Below are positions 50,686 through 64,000 of a stretch of DNA of 64,000 nt, in pieces (within the stretch, counting starts at the first letter, position 1; the number at the start of each line of letters is the position of its first letter). The position numbers and the translations under genes are program-made. Under the pieces are notes generated by a model that searched no databases, was not told the DNA's origin, and saw nothing but the letters and a program-made list of their open reading frames with translations. Source of the stretch: Bispira polyomma (Eukaryota); contig OZ287757.1 of assembly GCA_965649765.1 (NCBI GenBank), positions 30,132,001 to 30,196,000 on the forward strand. The letters are read 5' to 3'.

Positions 50686-50865
50686 TGTCCCCCATTTCTA
50701 ATAATGTCCTCATTCATATCCAAATGTTTCACTCTTATAAATGTAAACGAGTATTTCACTATATATTATTTTGGTATGAATATTGTGAACTGAAAGTTCA
50801 TTGTATTACAATAATATTTATAAATTAGAATTATTATTCAGCAAAACATTAAACACAAATCTGAC

Positions 50866-50928
50866 CTGCTTCAATGTTGTGTGTCAGATATACCATGGAA
50901 TCCCTTTGTAATAAGTTTTCTACAAAGT
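50866..50928 (-). CDS. USP internal exon (the upstream first exon was not located)
   Basis: TTGCAG|...|GTCAG, 63 nt, phase 1-1. Encodes FVENLLQRDSMVYLTHNIEA, which fits the USP helix1-beta2 pattern. Confidence 0.75.
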
Positions 50929-52175
50929 CTGCAATTGGAGAACAGAGAAGACATAAAAACAAACAGAAATGAGGGAAAATGTATTTTGTTTAGCGAATAA
51001 TGGATGGCACTTTTGGTGGACTAATGGTCGAGCATGTTCAATATACACCGGAAAGTCGTCTATTATTCCCCTAAAACAGAATTCAATCGTGAGGACTTTA
51101 TTTCTATTATAAAAACTGTCTTATGTGGTATTTCATTGAATTTAACTGTTACAAAAACTTTTTTAAAAAGACAATTTCTTTGCATCCTTTATCTATGGAT
51201 GGGTACAACTTTCAAATTTCTTTGAGTACACACTACAGGTATTTATAATACCAAACTAATTATTACAAAATACAATCAAATTGGAAATCAAATAGCTATT
51301 ATAGCAAATGTCTTCTTTTTGCTTAAGGGTTTAGTAACGTAAACACAAAAAACACGACGGGGATAAAATATGATGCTTTACGAATGCCCATTTCTACTCT
51401 GTATAACAACTATGATGGCTTTAAATATATACTTTAGTGAGGTTTTTAACTATTTTTATATGTCCAAACTAATTAAAAGGTTAACACTTTGCTCTAAAAC
51501 TATAAAAACACCCATATAATGATTTTTGTATTGTGACGTCCCACAGAGAGCCTTTTATATTGTGACATAATACGAATATTGATCCAGCATATATCAATAC
51601 AAGATATATGCTACACAACTTTATAAAACATGTATATTATTTCTAGTGATTTACATTTTTCAATATGTTGCCTAATTTTATAAAAACGAAGAATATAAAA
51701 CATCTTTCTGTTTAGAAGAGTGTAAGTTTAATGTTTTTCTAAAACAAGCCCAGTTTTTGTTCTTTTATTAAAAAACGAATTCATTCAAAATAATGCTGAT
51801 GTTTTTTTTTTTCTAGTCATGTACAAATACTTCAGTATTGATCCCTCCCCTTATCGTGTCACGATTGTGAAGCATGTACTTTGAAAATATTGCCCATTTT
51901 TTGTTACAAATGTACACACTGCTACATGTATTGTATGTCTCAAGATACCTATTAAACTGATACGTAAAATATATAAATTAGTATATAATTAGAATATATG
52001 TCATTCTTTATTATTTCTTCTCATGCAAATGTAAATATGTTATCCATAAATCGACTTTAAGCCACCCCCAAAATATTTTGCTGTTTCTGAGAAGCTCGAC
52101 CTCTCATAACGTGGTTATCGGCGATCATTTTATACGTTTACATCACTAAAGCCTTAAGAACAGACCAAGTATCAG

Positions 52176-52419
52176 GGCTGGTATTCTCGAATGTATACTC
52201 AGCTCAAACTCATACTCAACTCTAATGTGGATTCTCTACAACTCTGGATACAGTGAACATATCTAAAATATCTGACTTCATATTTGAATTCAGTGTTAAA
52301 ATTTCTATTAAAATGAATGGTCACAAGTATAGGTTATTTCCACGTACAATGATTTCCACATGTCCTGTATTTGAGTTGAGTATGAGTTTAAGCTGAGTAT
52401 ACGTTCGAGAATACGGGCC
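52176..52419. mobile_element. PIF/Harbinger-like MITE
   Basis: About 45-bp TIRs (GGC(T/C)(G/C)GTATTCTCGAA.GTATACTCAGCT.AAACTCATACTCAACTC) with a 3-bp TSD CAG. Related relics are at ~56445-56630 and ~58770-58930. Confidence 0.8.
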
Positions 52420-53227
52420 CAGGTCATTTAGTGGTTTTGCTTTGCCTTTCAACATCTACAATAGTACCGTACACTCCAACTTTTACACATAGATGAATTT
52501 GATTTTCAAACAAATATCCTCAGAATTATGAGACAAGTGATTGTAAGGTGTATGCCTCCAAACCACCAGGCCAAATTTAAAGCTCAAACAACACCGGTTT
52601 AATAATCAGAGCAGCTATAATGCACAGAAAAAAACTAGAAGAACCTTTATTATCAAAACATGTCTTAAGAGCCAAAAAGTTCATAAAAGACGCATGGCTT
52701 TTTTGTAGAAAACTATATTTGTGAGAGCACAAGTAGATCCATTAAATCAAGTATCTGCATAAAAGAAATATAGATGATAGGAATACTACTCGTGAATGCA
52801 AATGTATACTTCATTCCAACATGACACGGCTGTGTCAGCGATTCTGATTGTCCAACAGCTTCGGTAAAATTCTGCATATACTTATAGCTGTTCCATCAGT
52901 ACCCGATGCAAATGTAAGTAGTATGGAACAGCCGGTGTTTGGGTACGTTTATCACCAAAATATACAGTGATTTTTTTTTTTTTTTTTAATCCAAGTTTTA
53001 TCTTGTTTATTATTATTATTATTTTCGCCTTTATGGGCCTAAACCTTGAATCATGGTAAAATTCTGCACATACCATGCTTTGTCATGTGTTATTCCTATA
53101 TGATACCACATTTAATTACTTCTATATAGTATTCAAACCAATAATTAACCCTTACTCTGCAGACATAGCCAACCACCACCAGCAGTTGTCATTGCCGTAA
53201 CTGAATTTAGATGACCATTTAACAATG

Positions 53228-54198
53228 TCCTAAAGGCTCTTTAGCTTGCCACTGGAGATTGACACCAGTCCCCAAGGCTCTTTAGCCTGCCACTGGAGAT
53301 AGATCCGTCCCCAAAGTTTTTCAGCATGCCACTGGAGATAGACCCGTCCCCAAAGTTTTTCAGCATGCCACTGGAGATAGACACGTCCCAAAGGTAATTT
53401 AGCCAGCCACTAAAGATAGACCCGTCCCCAAGGCTCTTTAGCCTACCACTGGAGAAAGACCTGTCCCCAAGGTTCTTGAGCCTGCCATTTTACACAGACC
53501 TGTCCCCAAGGTTATCTAGCCTGCTATTGTAAATAGACCCGTCCCCAAAGGTTATCTAGCCTGCTATTGTAAATAGGACCGTCCCCAAGGTTATCTAGCA
53601 TGCTATTGTAAATAGACCCGTCCCCAAAGGTTATCTAGCCTGCTATTGTAAATAGACCTGTCCCCAAAGGTTATCTAGCCTGCTATTGTAAATAGACCCG
53701 TCCCCAAAGGTTATCTAGCCTGCTATTGTAAATAGACCCGTCCCCAAAGGTTATCTAGCCTGCTATTGTAAATAGACCCGTCCCCAAAGGTTATCTAGCA
53801 TGCTATTGTAAATAGACCTGTCCCCAAAGGTTATCTAGCCTGCTATTGTAAATAGACCCGTCCCCAAAGGTTATCTAGCCTGCTATTGTAAATAGACCCG
53901 TCCCCAAAGGTTATCTAGCATGCTATTGTAAATAGACCCATCCCCAAAGGTTATCTAGCATGCTATTGAAAATAGACCCGTCCCCAAAGGTTATCTAGCA
54001 TGCTATTGTAAATAGGACCGTCCCGAAAGTTGTTTAGCCTGCCACTTAACACAGACCCGTTCCCAAGGTTATCTAACCTGCTACTGTAAATAGACACGTC
54101 CCCAAAGTTATCTAGCCTGCTATTGTATATAGACCCGTCCCCCAAGGTTATTTAGTGTGCCACTGGAGATAGATACATTCCCAAGGTTCGTTAGCCTG
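53228..54198. repeat. Minisatellite, 39-40-bp unit, about 24 copies
   Basis: Core unit AATAGACCCGTCCCCAAAGGTTATCTAGCCTGCTATTGTA, with diverged units at both edges. Confidence 0.95.
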
Positions 54199-54827
54199 TG
54201 CTACCCACAAGGCCATAGTGGCATAAAGATCTAATGCATGTTTGTATTAATTTTTTGAATGCTAAATTTTCTCACAGCTGAATGCTTTGTTGGCGTTGTC
54301 ACTCCAGTCCACTGTGATGAGGATCTTAAGACCCATATTGTGTCTGGTTGTGTGTAGAAAAAATACTGTCTCCTTAGACTGAAATGGTGTCGGTGGGTGT
54401 ATGTTGTAACTTGGAAAAATCTCTCTGGTAAACAAGCTGAAAGCACATGTAAGGTAAAATCCTTGCAGAGCTGGTATTCACAAAAAAATGTTATTCTTAC
54501 ATTTTAAGGACATAAGTTTAAGTAAAACCTCTTTTATTGAACAAAATATTTCAGTTTTGAGAGGTTTAAGATTATCACATCGCTTTCAATGTTTGCCTAT
54601 TGTATTGTGTTAGAACAAAGCACAACAGAGTAACTGGTCAAGATTTCTGAACTACAAATCCCCTGGCTTCAGTAAGTTTACCATCAACAAGCCGGGACCA
54701 GAGATTTAAACCCAGGTATGTCAGATGAGTGTGTGCTCTACATGCCATCGAGGACACCCAATTGTGGGGCAAAAATTGGACATATCATGGCTTTTAAATG
54801 GTGCTTCATTATATATGCAAACAGTTA

Positions 54828-55382
54828 GCCCAGGCTTCCTTTCAGCACATTCAGCACATTCCGATCCGACGTCGGCTGACGTTGAAAAACAGTTGAGATA
54901 TTTATAGTTAAATAAAGGTAACCATATTTACTTCCTTGTTTGTAAGTTGTGACGTGACTGCAAAACCGACGTCATTATGACGTTGCTATGACGTACCATT
55001 CACAGTAGAAGGGCAAGTTAAAAGAGGTACCCGTCTATAAACTTAAATATCTGGACCGTTTTCTAACGAATTTTGGTGAAAAAATGCACAGTTATCACGA
55101 TGAAAGAAGCTTTCCCATGCCATTTTCAAAGTCAAAATCTGACGAATATTGAGTATATAGGATGAAAACTATACCTATGTCACAGTGTATTTGTCCAATT
55201 TTGCTTCAAAATCGGACAGTCCTCCCGATTTTTTCCGTCCCTGAAAGATAAAATATGTTAGCCAAACAGACGTCTGATCTGTTACAAATATGCAGAAAGG
55301 AAGCATTTGGTTGTACTGTGTAATGTGGGGAAAAAATCGGCAGACGTTGGCCGAGAAAAACAAGCTGAAAGGAAGCGTAGGC
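54828..55382. mobile_element. PIF/Harbinger-like MITE
   Basis: 19-bp TIR GCC(C/T)A(G/C)GCTTCCTTTCAGC with a TTA TSD on both sides. Confidence 0.8.
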
Positions 55383-56773
55383 TTAGTCTGCTTGTTCATA
55401 TTAATAGAAAACTTTTTCTCTTATGTTCTATTTACACCTGATAAAGGAAAATACTTTTTAAAAATATGTTTAGTTTTAGGCGTGATTAACTTAGTTATAA
55501 TACTTATGTGTATAAATCCACTAAAACTTGGTGATTTTTATTTCAGGTGCAGATGCCTTCTGTTAAGCTTTTTATATGAACAGTTTCTGTTTGGTTTTTA
55601 TGTCATAGTTTACATAGTTTTCCATCAGCAAAAAGTGTATAGTTTATAGTAAGCAACAGTAGCAGATGCTATTTATTAATGGTCTGTGGTCTAAAAGCTT
55701 CTCTTGCCAGAAAACAAAAAGCTATTTCCTACACTGAGATAGTGAACAGACATAGGTAGCTAATGATCTTATATACTGCTAAAAGTCAGAATTGTTACTT
55801 TAACACTTGAAATTTCTGACGTTTTTTTTTCAGTTTTTATGTTTATTCCTTAATAACATTAATGTTAAATTTCTACAGCATTACAATCGATGTCCAGGTG
55901 GCGCCCATTATATTCATGGATTGCGATCAGAGAGTCCAATCTCAACCACTAGACGCACGTTATTATGACGGAAATGCGAGTTCATATGGAGAGCTTTTGA
56001 GGGTGATTTTTTTCGCAAAAAGCTTCTAATCTAAAGTTAGAAGTTACTAATCCCCTGATACTAACATAACAGGTCATCTATTATTTTCCATTAAAGGTTT
56101 AAAATTATAATACATAAGCTTGCAATCTCTAGGTTTTTGAGGGAAAATAACTAACCTCACAACTGAACTCACCTTCTCTCTATTTTTTGGTTAAAACATA
56201 CACCTCAAAGCTAAAACAACCTCTTAGGAGGTCACACATGTTTCTATTCTGTTCCTGCTACACCCAAAACCATTGTTAATTGTAACAAAAAATCAACATA
56301 TATGTGGAGAGTTTAACTTTTAGTGTTACCCAAGGTGTGTTTATGTACAGTGTAGATATCTATTCTTTCTTGGTGTGTGATTATTTTCGGCCATTGCCAT
56401 GTTACATACTCTTTACTATTAATCTGTGTAAAGACACCTGTTCCCTATTATCTCAAACAACTCCAGCTTAAACTTAGTGGCAGGCTCAAATCTGAAAGTA
56501 AAATTTTACTGCATATTTGGATTCAGCGCGGAAAGCTCTTCTAAAATGAATGGTCACAAGTGCAGGTTTATTTGATGCACAAGGACTTCCAGACATAGCC
56601 TTTATTTGAGTTTAATTGCTGAGTATAAGCTTCAGTTCCTCGGGGTTCAAAAATTTTAGTGGCATTACTAAGTTAGAGTTGTAACACAATAAAAGAGTTG
56701 CGGTAATATATTTTTTAGTATGACTAGGGTGTTATATCTAATATTGAATATATACAGTTTCAGCTTTACAGCA

Positions 56774-57116
56774 TGGGCATAAGGTCAACTTAAACTCAAA
56801 TCATTTTTAAGTTAAGGTGAACGTTAGGGCACCATAAAGTAAATTAAAGTTACAGAAAAGGTTGACATCAGGTCACCTTAAACTAAATTTTCAAGTTGAG
56901 GGCACCATAAGGTGACCATAAATTAGGTTAAGTAGGGTCAGGATGAGGTGACCCTAACTTGAGTTTAGAATAATTCAGAAGGGTATTCGAGTTAAGGGGG
57001 CCATTTGGTGGCCGTCATTTCAGTTTAAGCATACCAAAAGGTAATCTAGCAGACTTTGAAGATATAATCTGAATGGTTTACATTATGCATTGAAGTGTAA
57101 ATTGACCTTATGCCCA
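56774..57116. mobile_element. MITE-like element with internal AGGTNACC palindromes
   Basis: Perfect 15-bp TIR TGGGCATAAGGTCAA. No TSD was seen. Confidence 0.7.
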
Positions 57117-60079
57117 GGACAGTGTGTACTGTCCAGTTTTATATTTTATTTCACATTAAAGTTGTATATATTCTTTTTCCAGCTGACCAGAGGCCAGAAC
57201 ACCAGCCATAAAAGATATGTTAAAATAAAGTTGTAAAAGTTCATGTAAAATAGTGTAAAGTTCATAAAAGACAAAATAAAACAATCCACAGGAACAAGCA
57301 TTTTTTACTGGCGAGGTAATGATATACGCAGTGACGCCCTCACTCCACTGCATCAGAGTTCTTGAAGGGCGAGAGCCCGGCGAATGGTTATGAACTGCCA
57401 TTCTCAAAGTCTACTAAACTGACTTCCCACCCTAGCTGGCTGCAACAGTCTTACTGGCCGAATAATACAGCCCCTTACTTAAGACACAAGTACCCCACTG
57501 TTGTGGAAGCAAGAAAAAACAAACGAATTAACATTTTATCATAAACATTATATTTTAAGACATTTAACATATATTAAAGCACTTCCATCCACTACACTCG
57601 GCAAGACATCCACGATAACGCCAGCCCAAAGGACCAAGCCCCACCGGTCTAACGTTCTGAAGGCTGGAACACATCTTATTCTCCCAAAATCATCACACTT
57701 AACACGGACTGAAATCTCAAAATCTAAGGTGACCCTATCTCTGGGTAGAACTGTAAATAAGTTAATTATGCATGAATTCTTAAATTGAGAATTGAATGCA
57801 AAAATATTTGTTTGGCCAACTGCCTTATAATTGTCCCAGTTACCTCTAAAAATGACTTTTGAAATCATGAGACTTTAGATTAACTCATAAAATGACAACT
57901 TGTGGCTATTTGCATTAATTAAAAGTGAAATGTATATTTGTGTAAAAACTTTATCAAATTTTACCAAGAAATTACCAAAATATTGACACAATCTTAATGT
58001 ATTGCAGTAGTACATAGCATCCCTAATTGTAAATATCCAACATTGCGACAAGAACAATAGTAAAACTACTTGAATAGTTAAGTAGTAAACATAATTAGTA
58101 CATTACATTAAATTAGTGAAAAAATACTGTACCTTAAGTAATCTCTCCTGATATCCAGCTTATACAGAGAACATGTTTATATACAACACAGAGAGAAAAA
58201 GTCTCACAGCTTGCAAAGAAAATCCTGATATATTCATTGCTATCTAAAATGTCACAGTGATAAAGAGAAGGAAGCCTTGAGCCGGTGTATTGAAGCTATT
58301 TCCACAGGCGAAAACTACCTCAACAGATATTGGGGATAACTGGCAACTACTGTAAAGCCTTAGATTTCTGCTTGTTTTAAAACTTACCACTTAAATTAAT
58401 ATAAATTATATATCAGTTCAGAAATTCATAGTCTTAAAATGAACATCAATAGTATATATTATAGCTACGTTTGAATATTTCTGCCTTATGTAACATAATA
58501 CGAGTGGTGTATCCTTTTGCACATATTATAATGGGCAGATTTTCTTGGTTATACTGTTCTTGTTGGTTGGCTATTTTCTCCGGTGCTCCAGCTAATATTA
58601 GTGACTAACCTCAGGTGAGCAGTACAGAATACTGATGTAAAAACAAAATATAGAAACAATACCATCCAAGGCCCATCATTATGACAGGTCTTAAAATGAC
58701 CATAATTTTTTTTTTATTTTCAAAAAACAAATTTGTGTACATTACTCCTATCTAAAATATTTCATAGCATATTTGAATTCTTCGCTGAAAGCTGTATTAA
58801 AATGAATGGTAACATATCTAGGTTATTCATATGCAAAAGGAATTCTGTATACATGTATATATAATTATTATTATAAAAAAAATAATGAATTGTATATATA
58901 AGTTAAAACATAAAACTGAGTTTGAAAGCTTAAATACGACTCATGGTGTGCAGTACTGTCAAAGTTTAGAGCAAAGCAAGGCTGGAGATTATGACTTGAC
59001 TCTTGTATATGTATCAGCTTAGTATGTATAGGTAGGAGTACTTGCATTATTATGTGCATCTATACTTGCATATGCACTTAATATATGCTTATGATATTGG
59101 TATTATTGTTTCACTGCAAAAAGCAAAAGAAGGCATTTTAAGTGTTGTCATTAACAACATTTTGATTAAACAGGATCACTGATTGTTGGTTATTTGTCTA
59201 TAATTAGGAACCGGAAGTAATCAAAATTTAAATAATAAACTTACTTTGTCTGTTTAACTATGTCCAAATGTGTGAGTTAGGTCATATATGTTACAAAAGA
59301 GAGCGCAGAATATTTTTGTAGTTCATATATGTTCATATCGCCACTGTTGCCAAGTGAAATGCAGAGTGACCTGCGTTAGATCCCAACCATTCATGTTAAA
59401 AAAGGCAATGTGTTGATCCATTGAAAAGCTGCCACTGATTAAGGTATGGATGTAATAATAATATTAATACACGGGTGGTAAGAATTCTGGCTGGTACGAA
59501 TTCTGGACAATAAATAAAATTACATGGAAATACCAGGTAATACACAGAAACTACCATGTCAAACTAACATTATTTTGTAATTTATTTTACACTACTGAAT
59601 GTCTTATTACTAAAAAAAAAGTGACAAAATATAAAATAAATCATAATTTAATGTATAGATAGAGATACAAGTTGGTCCTATATTTTGCATTTGCATATAG
59701 GTGTTACAAGTACATCTACTTATATCTTGTGGTGGCAAAGCAGTGACCTGATAAAATATTGTTTATTACAGATTTAATAATAAAGTTATGGAAAAAATAA
59801 ATAATAACAGAAAATAAGATAAAGAAGCATACAGAAATGCTATTTCTGCACAATTGAATCCTTAGTTGGCATTCAGCCTTGCACTTCCTCCTAGCTGCCA
59901 AACTGTCTAGAATTCATACCACTTGACTTGGCATATAAACAATTTTAAAACCTTATAATAAAGAATCTGTCAAAAGATTTTTCATTGATATTGATGTATG
60001 ACAAGTGTTTCATGTATACCTATTTCAGTACATTTGATTTTTTATTATCTCTTATGCAACATACTTAAATTTAAGTAAA

Positions 60080-60575
60080 AACATCAAATTCTGTCTAGAA
60101 TTCGTACCACCCGTGTACTTGAAACATTTATAGAGAGACAAATTGATGAGAACATCCTTCAAGGCGCTGATATCCAAAAAGGGAATGTTCAGGGCCATGG
60201 AAAAATTTGTTACCGGAAACCATGCACCTAGGGAAAAATGACTAGGGAGGGCCAGTCTAGATCCAGTGATTTTATCCTGTGATCTGACAGTGTGTGGGAA
60301 TATTATTCTATTCAACAGAAGCCGCAACAGCAAAGCAGCACCTGCAGATTTTCCGGTTTGATCGGATGGAAGAAACAGAAAGGCGGTTTCCCCGGTTGAG
60401 GCTACTAGATTTGATAAGTGATGACAAATAAGGAGGTTGGTTGAGTTTGATTGTTTTGAACACAAGAAGGTTGTATTGAAAAAGAATGCACTGTTTGACA
60501 GGTAGCCAGTGGTGATTGTTTAAATATGGTGAGACATGGCTGAATTTGTCAAGCTTGTACATAATACAGCAGAAT
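60080..60575 (-). mobile_element. L2/CR1 LINE 3' fragment
   Basis: HVSPYLNNHHWLPVKQCILF...QPPYLSSL matches the C-terminus of the other L2 copies. Confidence 0.8.
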
Positions 60576-60777
60576 GTGGAAAGTAAACTGTTGGGGATAA
60601 AACATTATCCTGATTCATAGCCAGGTCGTTGTGAAATAAGGTAATAATACCCTCATATATAATACTAACGATATGTGTTGAGAGAGATTTCTGTTATTAA
60701 AAGATGTACACCATTGATTCTAGGAAAACAACTATACTATTATAACAAGGTTTACCCACAGGCCACGTGGTATATGT

Positions 60778-61157
60778 CAGGGGTGAGACAGGCCCTAAAA
60801 AAGCACCCCGATTAATCGCTAGTGTCTAACTGGTTCGAAACCGGGTACCTGTAAATTTAGTAAGCACCAATCTCAGAAACCAGTCTAACAAAATGGCGAC
60901 TGATGTAAACAAAATCTTACGAAAAAGAAAGGCAAATATCTTGGGGAATATTGAAAATTAGAAACAAAAACATATGTTGGGTGCTATAATGTAACCAAAG
61001 TTATTGTTTTGGTGAAGTTATTTGTAATTACAAGCGATAATATAAGAGTTTTAACTTAAAACGTACACGTTTTCAAGTCCCCGAACCGCAAATTTCACTC
61101 TGGTTTCCCCCAAAATCAGCCCGTAATCGGGTGACCGGTCCCCCTGTCTCAACCCTA
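60778..61157. mobile_element. hAT-like MITE
   Basis: TIR (C/T)AGGG(G/T)TGAGACAGG. The 8-bp TSD is only partly conserved. Confidence 0.5.
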
Positions 61158-64000
61158 GTATCACAGACTTAAGGTATTGCAAAATAATTAATAAATCATA
61201 AAACAGTTCTAGTGTGACAAACCACACTGCATACCTCTAATCAAACAGTAATTCTAATGAGAATTTACTCCAACATTTACTGGGTTCTTCTTGGTGATAA
61301 ACAAGGTGATAAACAAACAAAACAAAAGACACGGACAAATATCATAAACATCCTTAGCAGAGGTAACTAGAAAACAATTCTTGTGAAAATATAGTAAAGT
61401 AGGCTAAATATATATATAACTAAAGGTTAAATAATAAACTAAAATTAGACAAAACTATATAGTTGTATTTTCCACAGGAGTAAATCTTCAGTAAGGGATC
61501 TTATAAATCTTAAATCTTAGAGCTCTGTCTGAGCTTTTGTATTGATAGCTTGGACTATAAGCATATTGTTCCAGTTTATACTTTATCTGGTATTTAAGGC
61601 ACTAATTAAGCCTTTTTTGACTGCCAGATTAAGTCAACCAGTAACTGTGATTAAAGCAAGAGGCTTGACGATGACCAGTTACCAACGTTTCCAAGATTCT
61701 TTGGCCTGTCACTGGGGATAATCATCAACGAGGATGACCGCCATTTAAACTGTTTTTTTAAGTCATTATCTATCTACCTGTACTTGGTCGTTCCAAGCTG
61801 GGATAGAAACCTAGGTCCCCTGTGTCCCAAGGTGAGTGTGTCACCAACTAAGCTGTAATGGCACATAGAAATTGACTCAACCAAGTCATATTCTGGTCTC
61901 AGTTCTGGGGACATCAATATGCACCATTTACACAAAGAACAATGTGAGGAAGACACAACACAATATTAAGTTTAAAACTAAGTTAAGACTGACAGGTTTT
62001 GTGAATAATCTTGTTAGTTATCTGGTTACATACTTTGCAGTTTGACTGGGTTCAACAACAAGTCAAAATAACATTATATTACTCTGAGACTTATGTAAGC
62101 GGGATAAGCTTGAAGTATAAGTCAGTAAAAAGCATACTTCTACATCTTTTTTTAATTTTTTGGTTTTTGTTTTTGGCATATATGTAGTACATAATATACA
62201 CCATAAACACATAACACACAGACTTCACAAAAGGATAAAGACAGACAATGTAAACAACAAAGATAAACTGGTACTCTGAATAATGCCATGATTTTCACAC
62301 GTACATGAATGCCAAAACAACCAACTAGTGTTACCCCTCCAATGGAATGGAATAAGACAAGCTCATCATTCTGTAAATACTACCAAACGAGTCTTTGTAA
62401 ATAGTTTTTTTCTTCATAGAGAATCTCTCATTCTTAGTTTATTTTTTAAGGTTAATAAAAAGTCTTCTATCAGAATAGGGTTGTTATTTGTTTTTCTGTT
62501 GTTTATAAACCAGTTTCAACCATTTTCAACCGTATTTAGCCCTTTGCATCTTTTGTGTTGTTTTTGATAAAAGACGCAGGCACACTAACGTTGATATAGC
62601 CATTAATCTGACACCCCTCAGTTTGTATGGGTCAATTCCTTCCAACCAATCCTTGAAGGCCTCACATATTATTTCTAAGATTGTGGCGCACTTTTCAATG
62701 GCGGTGCCATTCTCCGAAATGAAAATAACATCAAGCTAATAAAAAAAGACCTGGGTTTGATACCAGTCTGGAGCTGACAGGTACAAGTAGATGTATAGTT
62801 GCTACACTGACCTACTGGAATGGGCTAAAATCATTTATCAGTGGCTCATATCCCTAGTTGCCGGCTAAAATACCTAGTGGATGTTGATACAGTATGCCTA
62901 AGTCCGAACACCAAAATAATAAACCGTTTGCAGATATTGTTTTAATAAAATATTAGACAAAGTTACTTCTACAAGACGTTCCCAAACATAATTTCTAATA
63001 TGTTACTATTTAATAATGTTAACACAATTGGTAAAAAGCTAATAAAGTAATACTAAGAGACACACTAAGAAGTTACTAAAGACAAATTAATAAAATATAT
63101 TTACAATTCAAAGACCATTAAATCGAATACAATTACAAATAATATAATGACCTCCATCGTAATAGATATATGGATAGCTACGAATATACGGGTACATATT
63201 TTAAGTGTAACCACAGGGAGCCTTGCCCCTAACATTTATACATGGTGTCATCCTCATCCTCTCTGTCTTAAGTTTGGGGAATGATATTTAATGGTGTTGG
63301 TTGGCTGTATTTGCGTAGCCAAGAAAGGATCTAGGCAGATAGAAAATACTTATCTATAGTATACTATATAAATACCCTTAATACTACAAATAATAATTTT
63401 AGTGTATGGGGACATTATGACTTTTCTCCGCCCAGACAACTCTTACAAAAGTTTGTATATGCCAAAGTCACTACTAACCAAATTAAACAGTTGAGATACT
63501 TTTGCTGACAACTGTAAACAAGTGAGCATGATGCTTTTTTTCATAATGCCTCCATATAATACAAAGACTTGGGTAAGTGTATAAACAGACATTGAACTGG
63601 TTTATCTAAATGTCATATATCAGTAGCATGTAGGAAATATACTGTCTAGCAATAAATACATGTGGATCATAATTTTTGATTGTTTAAGTTAAAACGGAGT
63701 GACACAATGATTATAAATGATGACTCCATCTATGGCCCAATGTCTTTCAATAAAGAAGTTCATTATCTGATGCAGCACTGAATTCGGAAAATTGGAAGAA
63801 AAAACAGTCGTTCTATAAGCACTGACTTTCAGGACTAACCTGTAAAAGAATAAAACAAAGCAAAAAGTTATTTTTAATACATATACAGCTAGAAGATGCG
63901 CTTAACAGAGTGCATACCTCGGGCAAGGCACCATAGTGATAAAAGTGAGAGAGAAAATATCCAGGATACAGGTCTCTAATCACTGAAAGGACAAAGCCCC

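Noticed and set aside
53228-54198. CRISPR-like array
   Set aside because: The units are contiguous with no unique spacers, there are no cas genes, and the context is eukaryotic.
57150-64000. Short ORFs and candidate USP first exons (VVDGS at ~57585, AIDG at ~63730)
   Set aside because: The surrounding residues do not fit USP beta1/helix1, and no phase-1 donor follows. There are no recognisable domains.

Overview
This is an AT-rich animal genomic window, probably a lophotrochozoan such as a mollusc or annelid. That assignment is inferred from the spliced universal-stress-protein gene and the TE repertoire. There are no prokaryotic operons, rRNA, tRNA or CRISPR arrays. The backbone is an old tandem segmental duplication (about 5.8-17.8 kb and 21.9-48.9 kb). 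Each copy ends in a GT31 beta-1,3-galactosyltransferase, intact at 16633-17733 and pseudogenised at 47810-48868, and a convergent multi-exon USP gene follows. The duplicons were independently invaded by two L1/Tx1 LINEs, L2/CR1 fragments, DIRS/Ngaro-type tyrosine-recombinase retrotransposons, a solo LTR and MITEs. The stand-out feature is an 11.7-kb minus-strand Gypsy LTR retrotransposon (23091-34761; paired LTRs, ATAT TSD). It has a ComEA-like helix-hairpin-helix domain in front of Gag and a UUUAAAC -1 frameshift signal into pol. In the env position, directly behind a splice acceptor, it carries an approximately 1000-codon accessory ORF: RS-rich repeats, a C2H2-like motif and a C-terminal TatD nuclease domain. 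This copy is mildly decayed, with stops and frameshifts. All alignments were made by eye, and novelty could not be checked against databases.
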